A stretch of DNA of 64,000 bases from an uncultured Acidobacteriota bacterium. GTDB taxonomy: Bacteria > Acidobacteriota > Blastocatellia > RBC074. Under the pieces are notes generated by a model. That model was not told the DNA's origin, ran no database searches, and saw nothing but the letters and a program-made list of their open reading frames with translations. The stretch spans positions 1,216,001 to 1,280,000 of the forward strand of contig CAWCKY010000006.1 of the NCBI GenBank assembly GCA_963796275.1, read 5' to 3'. This document shows positions 11,300-21,109 of this stretch, one piece after another. The first letter of the stretch is position 1, and each line of letters begins with the position of its first letter. The position numbers and the translations under genes are program-made.

Positions 11300-11485
11300 T
11301 CAGGGCAGGCCTTGGAACCTGCCCTGACGCTCTAAGAGTGATCTGTACCCCACGACATCTCACTCTTAATCAGATTGCGAGTAAGGCCTTTCAGCACACT
11401 CGCTTGCGACGAAACCGGAATCCCCACTACCGGTTCGTCCCCAATGCTCTCTCCGAGTCTGAATACACAGCTATCAGACATTCTC
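11300..11485 (-). ncRNA. Candidate structured small RNA (five consecutive hairpins)
   Basis: Stems at 11300-11327 (10 bp perfect), 11333-11368, 11377-11403 (GAAA loop and G-U pairs on the minus strand), 11408-11439 and 11457-11479. No family recognised. Confidence 0.4.
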
Positions 11486-11553
11486 AAAATACTGATTTTG
11501 ATAAAAGAGGGCTATACGTAGTTCTACGTGATTTTAGTATTTCGATAACAATA

Positions 11554-12288
11554 GTGTTAGAAAACCCAGTAACAAAACCTGGAAGGTTCCTAACCGCCGA
11601 ATGGCGATATCTGGCGATGATCAACTACGAGATCGACCCCGCGCTGCTGATAAGATATCGTCCGAGAGGGACCGAACTCGACGACTGGAAGGGGAAGACA
11701 TTTGTCAGCGTCGTTGGGTTTCTATTTCAGAAGACTCGTATCTTCGGTCTGTCCATCCCATTCCATCGCAACTTTGAAGAAATAAATCTACGCTTTTACG
11801 TGCGATACCGGGCGGCCGAAGGCTGGCGGCGAGGCGTGGTATTTATCAAAGAGATAGTCCCTCGCCGGGCTATCGCTACTGCCGCGCGTCTGTTTTACAA
11901 TGAAAATTACGCGGCGCGGAAAATGGCGCACCGGATCGATTGTGATGGTTCCGTGTTATCCATCGAGTATTCGTGGCGTGAGTCTGATGTATGGAATGGT
12001 TTGAAATTGATGACGGCCGGCGAGGCGAAGCCACTGGTTTCCGGGTCGGAAGAGGAGTTCATCTCCGAACACTATTGGGGGTATTCGGCGCAGACCGATG
12101 GCGGTTGCGTTGAGTATAAGGTCGAACATCCACCCTGGCGCGTCTGGCAGGTCGACTATTCTCGGTTCGATTGCGATGTCGAGGGCGTATATGGAAGGCA
12201 ATTTGTCGAGTATTTACAAGCTCAACAGACATCGGCGTTTGTCGCGGATGGGTCGGCAGTCACTGTAAGTAGAGGTGTAAGGTTATGA
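11554..12288 (+). CDS. DUF2071 / YqjF family protein
   Basis: FLTAEWRYLAMINYEIDP, FEEINLRFYV, EFISEHYWGY and YKVEHPPW motifs. Start moved to an in-frame GTG near 11554 because the track's 86-aa extension covers hairpin DNA. Confidence 0.85.
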   Translation: MLENPVTKPGRFLTAEWRYLAMINYEIDPALLIRYRPRGTELDDWKGKTFVSVVGFLFQKTRIFGLSIPFHRNFEEINLRFYVRYRAAEGWRRGVVFIKEIVPRRAIATAARLFYNENYAARKMAHRIDCDGSVLSIEYSWRESDVWNGLKLMTAGEAKPLVSGSEEEFISEHYWGYSAQTDGGCVEYKVEHPPWRVWQVDYSRFDCDVEGVYGRQFVEYLQAQQTSAFVADGSAVTVSRGVRL

Positions 12289-12680
12289 TTGAACGAGGCA
12301 GAGAACATATGCTCTTCGATGGTGATTGCGGAATCTGCACTCATTCGGCCGAGATAGCCGGGCGGATGGATCAACGATTCATCATCGAACCATATCAAGT
12401 CTATCCCGAGGATGAGTTGAGAAAATTCGGGATTACTTACGCGAAATGCGGGAGGAACCTGCAGGTGATAACCGGAAGCGGGCGCGTCTATTCCGGCGCC
12501 TTCGCAGTCAATTACTTCCTCTGGCAACATTTTCCATGGTCATTGCTGGTGATTATAATCTATGCGGTGCCCATACTTTTGCTCCTCGAAATCATCGGCT
12601 ATCGCCTGGTGGAAAAAAACCGCCATCGTCTTTCGCAATGGTTCGGATTGAAGGCTTGTCGGATAACGGATAATGGATAA
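12285..12680 (+). CDS. DCC1-like thiol-disulfide oxidoreductase (DUF393)
   Basis: FDGDCGIC motif, G-x-VYSGAFA, YRLVEKNRHRLS; overlaps the upstream stop (ATGA). Confidence 0.88.
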   Translation: MIERGREHMLFDGDCGICTHSAEIAGRMDQRFIIEPYQVYPEDELRKFGITYAKCGRNLQVITGSGRVYSGAFAVNYFLWQHFPWSLLVIIIYAVPILLLLEIIGYRLVEKNRHRLSQWFGLKACRITDNG

Positions 12681-12735
12681 TGGATAATTCGTAACCACTG
12701 AGGCAACAATCTTTACGAATTATCCATTATCAATT
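12661..12735. repeat. GGATAAT heptamer inverted repeat between convergent genes
   Basis: ggataacggataatggataatggataattcgtaa ... ttacgaattatccattatcaatta. Confidence 0.8.
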
Positions 12736-12741
12736 AGTAGG

Positions 12742-13503
12742 TTAGCTTTCACCGAAGACCCACGAACGTTTGGGTACGCGCTTCAACTGGAATTTTTGCA
12801 CCGCGAACTTTTCAATATGCGCCATTGCCTCTTCGACCGAATCGGTGACCATGAGCAGGTCGAGGTCGGATCTGCTGATCGTCCCTGCCGTCACCATGCT
12901 TTCGAGAAAACTGATCATCGGCGCGTAATAATCCGTCCCCATCAGGACTATGGGAAAATGGCGGATTTTTTTAGTCTGAATGAGTGTCAGGGATTCGAAC
13001 AATTCATCCATCGTCCCGAGGCCGCCGGGAAGTACGACGAACGCATACGAATATTTAATAAGCATCGTCTTCCTGACGAAAAAGTAGCGGAATTCCAACA
13101 TGTCGTCCAGATACGGATTGGGACTCTGCTCGAAGGGGAGGGCGATGTTGCAGCCGATTGAATGCCCGCCCGCTTCTTTGGCGCCGCGATTGGCTGCTTC
13201 CATAATCCCCGGCCCGCCACCGGTCATGACCGTGAAGCCAAGCTGGCTTACGGCTGCTCCGACCTCGCGCGCGAGCGAATAGTATGGATGATCCTCTTTG
13301 AATCTCGCGGAGCCGAAGATCGTGACACACGGGCCGACGAAGTGGAGTCTGCGGAATCCGCGTACGAATTCGCGGATTATACGCAGCAGCATCCACAGTT
13401 CCGTCCGTCGTGGATTCGGGCCTTCTAGAAAAAACTTTTCGTCTCCGTTGGGTTTGGGTAAGGTTTTTTGCTTTGTAGGTAATTGAACAGGTTCTATTGC
13501 CAT
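12742..13503 (-). CDS. LOG family (TIGR00730) Rossmann-fold protein
   Basis: IFGSAR, TGGGPGIMEAANRGA, FFVRK and PGGLGTMDELFE motifs. Confidence 0.93.
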   Translation of the reverse strand: MAIEPVQLPTKQKTLPKPNGDEKFFLEGPNPRRTELWMLLRIIREFVRGFRRLHFVGPCVTIFGSARFKEDHPYYSLAREVGAAVSQLGFTVMTGGGPGIMEAANRGAKEAGGHSIGCNIALPFEQSPNPYLDDMLEFRYFFVRKTMLIKYSYAFVVLPGGLGTMDELFESLTLIQTKKIRHFPIVLMGTDYYAPMISFLESMVTAGTISRSDLDLLMVTDSVEEAMAHIEKFAVQKFQLKRVPKRSWVFGES

Positions 13504-13555
13504 CTTACATCCTGCATTTTCGATATTACTGTCATTCGCCCCGATTATATCAAAC

Positions 13556-13642
13556 AGTTTTAAGTTTTAAGTTTGAAGTTTTTAAGGTGCCGATCAAAAC
13601 CATCGAACTAAAAACTGAAGACTAAAAACTGAAACTGAAAAC
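13556..13642. repeat. AGTTTT(A/C) / AAAACT heptamer inverted repeat
   Basis: agttttaagttttaagtttgaagtttttaag ... aactaaaaactgaagactaaaaactgaaactgaaaact. Confidence 0.75.
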
Positions 13643-13663
13643 TATTCTCTGAGGAGACCAAAA

Positions 13664-14998
13664 ATGAAGCTTAAGCCCGGGATAGCTTTACCGTATTTTT
13701 CCATCACATTACTCGCGATACTGGTAACAATCGCCATTCTCATCGAGCTTCCTTCCACCGTTATATCGGTCGATGCGAGAGGGCGTCGTGAGGATGAAAT
13801 CAACCGTCTCGCCGAAAGTCTGCGTAAGAAACTGATCGATCAGCGGCGCGAGTTTCATATGAATCCGGAACTCTCGAACCGTGAAGAGGGGACTGCGCGC
13901 GTTATAGCGGATAGACTGCGAGCGCTCAACTTCGATGAGATTAAGACGGGAGTCGGCAAGCACGGCGTGGTTGCGCTGCTCAAGGGAAAGCAGGCCGGCC
14001 CGGTCGTCGCTGTGAGGGCCGACATGGACGCGCTGCCGATCGTAGAAACCCTCAATGTTCCGTACAAGTCGCGAAACGAGGGGGTTAAACACGCATGCGG
14101 GCATGACGTTCATATGACTGTCCAGCTCGGCGTTGCAGAGGTATTGGGTAAAATGCGTGATCAGCTGCGTGGAACGGTCAAATTCATATTCCAACCTGCG
14201 GAAGAAGGCCCGCCTGCGGGAGAAGAAGGCGGCGCGGCGTTGATGATAAAGGAGGGCGCCCTCGAGAATCCTCGTCCGTCTGCCATCTTCGGCCTGCACG
14301 TTATGCCGAATATTGAGCTGGGCCAGATCGGATACAATATCGGCCCAGCCATGGCATCCTCAGATCGCTTCTCGATCACAATCCGGGGCAAAAAGGTCCA
14401 CGGGGCATATCCGCATGATGGGATCGATACGATTGTCGTGGCGGCGGAATGCATATCGGCATTGCAGTCCATCCGCAGCCGGCGCATCAACACACAGGAG
14501 CCGCTGGTCATAACCATCGGCAGCATTCACGGCGGCAATCGATTCAACATCGTCACAGATGAGGTCAAACTCGAGGGAACTATGCGGACGCTCAACGAAG
14601 ACGTACGCAAGAACGCGATCGAGATGATGAAGCAGACGCTGCTGGGCGTGACTTCGGCATACGGCGCGAGCTACGAGATGGAATTCGGTTTGAATACTCC
14701 GGTGACGCACAACGATCCGGCTCTGGTCGAGGCGACATTGCCTGTAATGCGTCAGGTATTGGGAGCGCAGAATCTCATCACGCCTCGACCGCAGATGGGA
14801 GCCGAGGATTTTTCGCGTTACCAGCAGGCCGTGCCCGGATTTTTCTATTTCCTCGGCGTCGGCAACAAGGGGAAGGGCATCACCGCCATGATTCATACGC
14901 CGGAATTCGATGTCGATGAAGAGAGCCTGGTCATCGGCGTCAAGGTGATGTCGAATGTGTTGATGGATTATCTCAATCGTGGGGCGGTACGAAACTGA
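13664..14998 (+). CDS. M20 family amidohydrolase with N-terminal hydrophobic leader
   Basis: HMNPELSNRE, RADMDALP, HACGHD, FQPAEEG, GAEDF and HTPEF motifs. Confidence 0.93.
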   Translation: MKLKPGIALPYFSITLLAILVTIAILIELPSTVISVDARGRREDEINRLAESLRKKLIDQRREFHMNPELSNREEGTARVIADRLRALNFDEIKTGVGKHGVVALLKGKQAGPVVAVRADMDALPIVETLNVPYKSRNEGVKHACGHDVHMTVQLGVAEVLGKMRDQLRGTVKFIFQPAEEGPPAGEEGGAALMIKEGALENPRPSAIFGLHVMPNIELGQIGYNIGPAMASSDRFSITIRGKKVHGAYPHDGIDTIVVAAECISALQSIRSRRINTQEPLVITIGSIHGGNRFNIVTDEVKLEGTMRTLNEDVRKNAIEMMKQTLLGVTSAYGASYEMEFGLNTPVTHNDPALVEATLPVMRQVLGAQNLITPRPQMGAEDFSRYQQAVPGFFYFLGVGNKGKGITAMIHTPEFDVDEESLVIGVKVMSNVLMDYLNRGAVRN

Positions 14999-15100
14999 GA
15001 AAAGGTGATTTCCTTCAAAAACAGAATACACCGGAAAATTGTGCGAGCAGTCATCGATGCGCCTTCTGCATCTCCGACAATGGGCTTACCAAATGCGGGC

Positions 15101-15589
15101 TCAGGGTCTTAAGATCGAGACAGCAATGTAAAGCTTCGATTTTTTCTCAATAACTTTGGAGAGGTTGATTATCGTCAGCAGATCCGTTTGCGCCTTGGCC
15201 GCCTGGTCCGTATTGAATACTTTGCTGCTCTGGTGGTGCGGGTTATGAGCGAAGTCAGATATCAACTTTACGAGTTTTTGGATTGCTTCATCAAACTCGA
15301 GTGGCGAATCGATCTCCTCGTTGATCGCGATTTCAGATGCCAGTTTACCGAGCGCGAGTAGTGAACGGAGATTCCTGGCGCACTTGTTGATCGATTTGGT
15401 CGTTTTTGAAAGACGTTTAGAGGTGAGTTTCCCCGACTTATGGTCGCTCAGCAATCCCTGGCCGAGCAACTGGATATCACGGAAATTTTCGTTGAACTGC
15501 TGGCGTGCCGCCGCTTTCTCCCTCTCACCGGATGATGATTGGGCGCCCGGCATCCAAATGACCAGCAAAAGAGTAAGATAAACCAACAT
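15101..15589 (-). CDS. Hypothetical exported helical protein
   Basis: Signal-peptide-like N-terminus; starts 13 bp after the hemL stop on the same strand. Confidence 0.6.
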   Translation of the reverse strand: MLVYLTLLLVIWMPGAQSSSGEREKAAARQQFNENFRDIQLLGQGLLSDHKSGKLTSKRLSKTTKSINKCARNLRSLLALGKLASEIAINEEIDSPLEFDEAIQKLVKLISDFAHNPHHQSSKVFNTDQAAKAQTDLLTIINLSKVIEKKSKLYIAVSILRP

Positions 15590-15602
15590 AACGATTCCCC
15601 CG

Positions 15603-16895
15603 TCAGCTCAAAGCGGCCGCGAATGCCCTGCGCGCTGCCGCAATTGTGCGTTCGATGATCTCGTCGCTGTGGGCTGTTGAGACAAACCCGGCTTCGAACT
15701 GCGAAGGGGCAAGATAAACGCCTGCATCGAGCATAGCATGGAAAAATCTGGCGAACGCTTCTCGATCGCTCCTGGCGGCTGACGTCCAATCGGTCACGGG
15801 TTCAGCTGAAAAGAATGTCGTGAACATCGAACTGACGCGATTGCTCACGGCGACTATCCCCGCTTCTCTGGCGGCTTCATTCATTCCTTCGACCAGCCGG
15901 GAAGTCGCGCGTTCGAGCTGCGGATAGGGATCGAGCGATTTGAGTAATCGCAACGTCGTCAGACCTGCCGTCACCGCCAAAGGATTACCCGAGAGAGTCC
16001 CGGCTTGATAGACCGGGCCGACCGGCGCCACTTGATCCATGATCTCCCGCCGCCCACCGAATGCCCCGACCGGTAGCCCTCCGCCGATGATCTTGCCCAG
16101 GCACGTCAGATCGGGTTTTATGCCATAGAGCTCCTGCGCCCCGCCGCGCGCCACCCGAAAACCGGTCATCACTTCATCGAAGATCAATACGGCACCGTGT
16201 TGCGCGGTAATCCGGCGGACATCTGCAAGATAGTCGGCGTGCGGGGGCACGCAGCCCATATTGCCGGCGACCGGCTCGATGATCACGGCCGCGATCTGAT
16301 CGCCGGCTTTCTCGAAGACCAGCTCGAGCGCGTGTGCATCATTGAATGGAACAGTGATGGTATTCTGCGCGACTTCGGGGAGGACGCCCGGCGAGTCGGG
16401 GAGGCCGAGAGTGGCGACCCCCGAGCCGGCGCGCACCAGCAGGCTGTCTCCGTGGCCGTGATAACAGCCCTCGAATTTGACGATCTTCGCTCGGCTCGTG
16501 AAACCGCGCGCGACACGCAATGCCGACATGGTGGCCTCCGTGCCGCTCGATGTCAGGCGCAATTTTTCGATCGACGGGAAAGCATCGATGACTTCCTGCG
16601 CCAGCAGAACCTCGAGTTCCGTCGGCGCGCCGTAGCTAGTGCCGCGAGTCGCCGCCTCCTGAATGGCCGCGATCACTTCGGGATGCGCGTGGCCGAGGAT
16701 CATCGGTCCCCAGGACCCGACATAATCGATATAAGTATTGCCGTCGGCATCGGTGATCGTCGCTCCCTTTGCCGTTTGAATGAAGCGCGGTGAGCCGCCG
16801 ACGCCGCGGAATGCGCGCACCGGGCTGTTTACGCCACCTGGGATGATCTCTTTTGCGCGTTCGAACAGCGCGGATGATTTAGCGTTATTATTCAT
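15603..16895 (-). CDS. hemL: Glutamate-1-semialdehyde 2,1-aminomutase
   Basis: [48 protein letters not shown] and GTLSGNP motifs. Confidence 0.97.
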   Translation of the reverse strand: MNNNAKSSALFERAKEIIPGGVNSPVRAFRGVGGSPRFIQTAKGATITDADGNTYIDYVGSWGPMILGHAHPEVIAAIQEAATRGTSYGAPTELEVLLAQEVIDAFPSIEKLRLTSSGTEATMSALRVARGFTSRAKIVKFEGCYHGHGDSLLVRAGSGVATLGLPDSPGVLPEVAQNTITVPFNDAHALELVFEKAGDQIAAVIIEPVAGNMGCVPPHADYLADVRRITAQHGAVLIFDEVMTGFRVARGGAQELYGIKPDLTCLGKIIGGGLPVGAFGGRREIMDQVAPVGPVYQAGTLSGNPLAVTAGLTTLRLLKSLDPYPQLERATSRLVEGMNEAAREAGIVAVSNRVSSMFTTFFSAEPVTDWTSAARSDREAFARFFHAMLDAGVYLAPSQFEAGFVSTAHSDEIIERTIAAARRAFAAALS

Positions 16896-16980
16896 ATCAA
16901 TAAAAATCTTGCGTTCGGGCGAGTTGCTATGTGATTATTGTCTGCTCCAAACAATTTTCATAACCAAATTGGAGGTTACA

Positions 16981-17700
16981 TTGAATGAGGAATTGAGCCG
17001 GCTCATCTCACTTCAGGAGATTGATGTCGAAATCAAACGACTGAATGATGAGATTGCCATGCTTCCCGTACGGCGACAAGAACTGGAGCGGGACTTCTCC
17101 GGATCTGTAAAAGAATATTTCGATCTCAAAGAACAACTCGAGACAGCGACCAATGAGAGAAGCCGTTTTGAGTCCGAACTTGAAATAGAACAGGAAAAAC
17201 ACCAGAAGTTCAAGAACGACTTGATGAAAGCGACCAACGAACGAGAATACACGACAGCGGTGCGCGAGATCGATGTTGCGCGCAAGGCCATCAGTTCGTT
17301 CGAGACTGAAATTATCAAGTTGTTGGAAAAGACCGAAAAACTCGAAACCCAAATCAAAGAGCGCTCACCGGAGATCGAATCGCGCCGCGTCGAAGTCGAT
17401 CGTCAGGTGTCGGAGTGGGCGGCGGCGGCGGCGGTCAAACAACAACGCCTCGACGATCTCCTTATCCGGCGAGGCCCCGCGCTCGAAGCTCTCTCCGCGA
17501 GCGCTCGCGCGACCTATGCAAGACTGTCAAGGATGCGTTCGGGGTTTGCGCTGGCCGAGGCTCGCAATTATTCATGCCTCGCCTGCCGGATGAAAATTCG
17601 CCCCCAGGTTTTCAACGACATCCGCCGCGGCGAGAAGATAATCACCTGTGAGAGCTGCGGGCGGATTCTCTATTTCAAGGTCGAAAGCGTCACCACTTAA
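16981..17700 (+). CDS. Coiled-coil protein with C4 zinc ribbon (CT398/HP0958-like)
   Basis: GGAGG SD before TTG at 16981; long coiled coil, then CLACRMKIRPQ...IITCESCGRILY. Confidence 0.88.
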   Translation: MNEELSRLISLQEIDVEIKRLNDEIAMLPVRRQELERDFSGSVKEYFDLKEQLETATNERSRFESELEIEQEKHQKFKNDLMKATNEREYTTAVREIDVARKAISSFETEIIKLLEKTEKLETQIKERSPEIESRRVEVDRQVSEWAAAAAVKQQRLDDLLIRRGPALEALSASARATYARLSRMRSGFALAEARNYSCLACRMKIRPQVFNDIRRGEKIITCESCGRILYFKVESVTT

Positions 17701-17715
17701 GCCCGGAGTTGCCAG

Positions 17716-18540
17716 CTAGTCGGTCTGCCTCGTCTTAGCCTTCCTCTGCCTCAATACTTCGAACAAAATCACGCCCGCTGCCACACTGACATTGAGCGAT
17801 GTGAGACGTCCGTGCAGCGGGATCGATATAATACTATCGCACCTTTCACGTACCAATCTGCGAATGCCTCTGCCTTCACTTCCGAAAACGAGTGCGAGCG
17901 GAACATTCATATCGAAATCCGAATAGACCGACTCTGCGCCGCCCTCGACGCCAATTACCCAGACCCCTAGTTCCTTCAATTTATCGATGAGAGGCACGAG
18001 ATTTGTTACTCGTGAGACGCGCACATATTCAACGGCGCCGGCCGACGTCTTCGCCACGGTTTCGTTCAATCCGGCCGCGCGATGTTCCGGAATGAACACT
18101 CCGTCGACGCTTGCGCCTTCACATGTGCGCAAGATCGCTCCCAGGTTGTGCGGGTCTTCGATGCCATCGAGTAACACCACCAGCGGCAAACGGGGCAAAC
18201 GGGGCAAACGGGGCAAACTGGGCAATCGGGGCAAACTGGACTGGGACAGAGTGACCGGCTCACCGATCGAATCCAGGATCGTCTCCGCTTCGACGTATGG
18301 ATTCGCACGGTTCACCGGTGCGAGCAGAGCGACAACCCCTTGATGGTTGGCATTGCCGGTAAGTTCATCGAGGGCGCGTCGATGGCGTTTTTCGATGCGA
18401 ATGCCAGCGCGTTGCGCCGCCTCGGTCAATTCCTGAAGGCGCGACTGGTTGGGCGCTGCTGCGATAAGGATTTTGTTAATTGGCCTTTTACCGGCGCGCA
18501 GTGCCTCGAGCACGGGCGAAAGACCGTATATCTGATTCAT
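17716..18540 (-). CDS. rlmB: 23S rRNA Gm2251 2'-O-methyltransferase (SPOUT)
   Basis: NHQGVVA, LDGIEDPHNLGAILRT, KTSAGA, GSEGRG and SLNVSVAAG motifs. Confidence 0.92.
   Translation of the reverse strand: MNQIYGLSPVLEALRAGKRPINKILIAAAPNQSRLQELTEAAQRAGIRIEKRHRRALDELTGNANHQGVVALLAPVNRANPYVEAETILDSIGEPVTLSQSSLPRLPSLPRLPRLPRLPLVVLLDGIEDPHNLGAILRTCEGASVDGVFIPEHRAAGLNETVAKTSAGAVEYVRVSRVTNLVPLIDKLKELGVWVIGVEGGAESVYSDFDMNVPLALVFGSEGRGIRRLVRERCDSIISIPLHGRLTSLNVSVAAGVILFEVLRQRKAKTRQTD
18185..18238. repeat. Six 9-bp tandem units (GGCAAACGG-like) inside rlmB
   Basis: Encodes SLPRLPSLPRLPRLPRLP in frame on the minus strand. Confidence 0.9.
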
Positions 18541-18607
18541 CTCGTATCCCGATTATAGCTTATCCGACAACTTGATTTTGCATATCTCGCGTGAAATTAT
18601 CGAGGGT

Positions 18608-19438
18608 ATGCAGAGGTTTGTCGCGATCGCTATTTGCCTTCTGTTGATGTGTAGTTGTGCTGCACCCGCACGAGTTACGGTAGATGCGCCGCAGGGGAAA
18701 GAGGCGGTCTATCCGCCAACGTTTGTGGCACCGCCCGATCGCGGGCAGCATGTTCAAGATGCCTGGAAAGATTTACTCGCCGAAGCGAAACTGCCGTTCT
18801 CGCAACTCGAACTCGACCCGGTCCTCAACACGCCTCGATCGCTCCCGGCGGGATTGGCCGGTCGCATCAACCTCACAAAGGCAGATGGCGCAATCGGGGA
18901 ACTGGAGGTGAAAGAATCTCTGCGGAGCTTTATTGAACACGCTCGGGGCATACTCGTCGGCGATCCGAAGGACAGTACACAAGGAGTCAAAGACCTCTCG
19001 TTGGTCTCTTTCTCAAACAACGGCAATTCTTACAAGGTCGTGTATCAGCAGGCGAATTATTCATTCCCGATCACGAATGGCTACGGCGAGTTGACGCTGA
19101 CCGTTGACAAGATGGCGAGACTTCTCGCGTGGGGCAGCCGTCTCATTCCCAAACTCGATCTCCCCAACCCCTCGATCGATCCCGAAATGTCGGTCGAGAA
19201 GCTCATGAACAGGGAATTCACCTACACGACATTAGCCGGGAAGCAACAAATATATAAAGCGGAGAAGCGCAATGAGATTGTTATCAGAGATCCGGTTGTT
19301 TTTCCGAAACAGGAAGGGAATAAGCTCAAGATTTACCTGGCCTATCCGATCGATGTGGGAAACGGGATGACCTGGACCGTTTATATCGATGCGATCGAGG
19401 GTGTGGAGCTGGGAGTGAAACAGAATTTTCAGACCTGA
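18608..19438 (+). CDS. Putative lipoprotein with FTP/PepSY propeptide-like fold and no catalytic domain
   Basis: Lipobox-like LLMCSC; YKVVYQQ...PI (FTP-like) and LAYPIDV...WTVYIDAIEGVEL (PepSY-like). Confidence 0.6.
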   Translation: MQRFVAIAICLLLMCSCAAPARVTVDAPQGKEAVYPPTFVAPPDRGQHVQDAWKDLLAEAKLPFSQLELDPVLNTPRSLPAGLAGRINLTKADGAIGELEVKESLRSFIEHARGILVGDPKDSTQGVKDLSLVSFSNNGNSYKVVYQQANYSFPITNGYGELTLTVDKMARLLAWGSRLIPKLDLPNPSIDPEMSVEKLMNREFTYTTLAGKQQIYKAEKRNEIVIRDPVVFPKQEGNKLKIYLAYPIDVGNGMTWTVYIDAIEGVELGVKQNFQT

Positions 19439-19848
19439 TTCCGCTTCACCGCAAAATGCACATAGATTAAGCAGGAAAACAGGAGAGACAGGTCTGGAGA
19501 TTCATAAAACGTTACGAGATCATCTGACTTCTGGTTCGCGGCTAAGATTTCCTCTTCATTTGGTTATATGAACGAATCTTCTTCTCCTCATAAAAAAATC
19601 TTGAAAAATCTTGAAAAATCCTGAAGAATCCTCTCGAAAAGCAGATTTGTCCAGCTCTTGAGGTGAGCCGAATCGGTAAGGCGGTCGGTTAACCTGGGAG
19701 GACTCAATAGAAACAATTCAATCTGACGTAAATCGAACTAAATTTTCTCGCCGAATATGAGTGGAAGTGAGGTAAATGCCGGAATCAGGCAAGCCTCAAT
19801 CGAACAGCAACAGCAAAAAACGGAACGCCGGTGGACCGGAAGGAAAAG

Positions 19849-20763
19849 ATGCGGCTATTGCTTTCCATCGTACTCCTGATATCTGGAGGCCTTTTCCCGA
19901 AAGACCTCGATCTCTCCAACAATACGCTCGCCGATGCAAAATCGCCGATCGAGGAATTGATTTCGGCCAGTGGGGCGGAGGTGGTCGGCGTCGCCGTTTA
20001 CGATGTGCAGACGAAAGATACGTTATTGATCAATGAACGAATCAATATGCATGCGGCGAGCACGATGAAGCTGCCTGTGATGATGGAAATCTTTCGTCTG
20101 GTAGAAGCAAAAAAGCTCGGACTCCGCGAATCGATCGAAATAAAAAATAAGTTCTATAGTATTGTCGATGGCAGCGTGTTCCGTCTAAACAAGATGGACG
20201 ATAGCGATGAAGAGGTATATAACCGCATCGGTCAGACAATGACGGTACTGGAACTGGTCGAACACATGATTACCTGGAGCAGTAATCTGGCGACCAATCT
20301 GCTGATAGAGCGGGTCAAGGCTGAGAAAGTCAACAAGCTGATGCGCGATCTGGGCGCGCATGATATCGAGGTTAGACGTGGCGTCGAAGACATCAAGGCA
20401 TTTCAGGCCCGAATCAATAATACAACGACTGCTTACGATTTGATGCTGTTGTTGAAGCTGATCGCTGAGCAACAGTTTCTCAGTAAACGCGCCTCGGAGC
20501 AGATCGTCGATATTCTCTCCTCCCAGCACTTCAATGATGGAATCCCGGCGGGATTGCCGCAGACTGCACGAGTAGCCCACAAGACCGGGGATATCACGAA
20601 ACATAAGCACGATGCCGGAATTATCTACTTGCCGAATCGTAAACCATACGTGGTTGTAGTGCTGACGAAAGGCATAGCTGAGCATGATCGCAGCAGTAAA
20701 TTGATCGCCGACATTTCACGCACGGTTTATCAGACACTCGCCGGCTCTTCAGCTGACAAATGA
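19849..20763 (+). CDS. Class A beta-lactamase-related serine hydrolase
   Basis: ASTMK (SxxK), SSN (SxN) and HKTG motifs; signal-like N-terminus. Confidence 0.88.
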   Translation: MRLLLSIVLLISGGLFPKDLDLSNNTLADAKSPIEELISASGAEVVGVAVYDVQTKDTLLINERINMHAASTMKLPVMMEIFRLVEAKKLGLRESIEIKNKFYSIVDGSVFRLNKMDDSDEEVYNRIGQTMTVLELVEHMITWSSNLATNLLIERVKAEKVNKLMRDLGAHDIEVRRGVEDIKAFQARINNTTTAYDLMLLLKLIAEQQFLSKRASEQIVDILSSQHFNDGIPAGLPQTARVAHKTGDITKHKHDAGIIYLPNRKPYVVVVLTKGIAEHDRSSKLIADISRTVYQTLAGSSADK

Positions 20764-21109
20764 AAGGGTCATGTGAAGTATGGAGAACAAGAAACCAGGT
20801 CAAACCCAGACATCGAAACACATCCCGGTGCATTACTGGTCGCTTACGCTCACCGTAATGTACCAATGAATCGTTGTTTCGAATTAGCTAAATTAACGAT
20901 GCGCAAATAATAGTCGGCTGTTATCAATCAGCCTCTGGCGGCTTCTGGATGTTGAGGGTAGAAAACGTTGATTCATAGGCTTTTAATTTGCTCATTCATC
21001 AACTAAATTATCGGAGATGTAACCGTATTTGCCCCCTATCCGGTAGCAGGTGGTGTCCGAGAATCCAATCGCTAACACCTGAGTAACTCAACTAGAACGA
21101 TTTAATGAA

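Noticed and set aside
11320-11420. Hammerhead ribozyme or tmRNA end (CTGACG...CGAAAC; GGGGACGA)
   Set aside because: The CUGANGA core and three-way stem arrangement are absent, and there is no tmRNA acceptor or T-arm.
11296-11553. 86-aa N-terminal extension of the DUF2071 protein
   Set aside because: No family-like sequence; it overlies hairpin-rich intergenic DNA.
19849-20763. Bona fide antibiotic-resistance beta-lactamase
   Set aside because: SxN is SSN and the omega-loop region is atypical; only membership in the wider serine hydrolase family can be supported.
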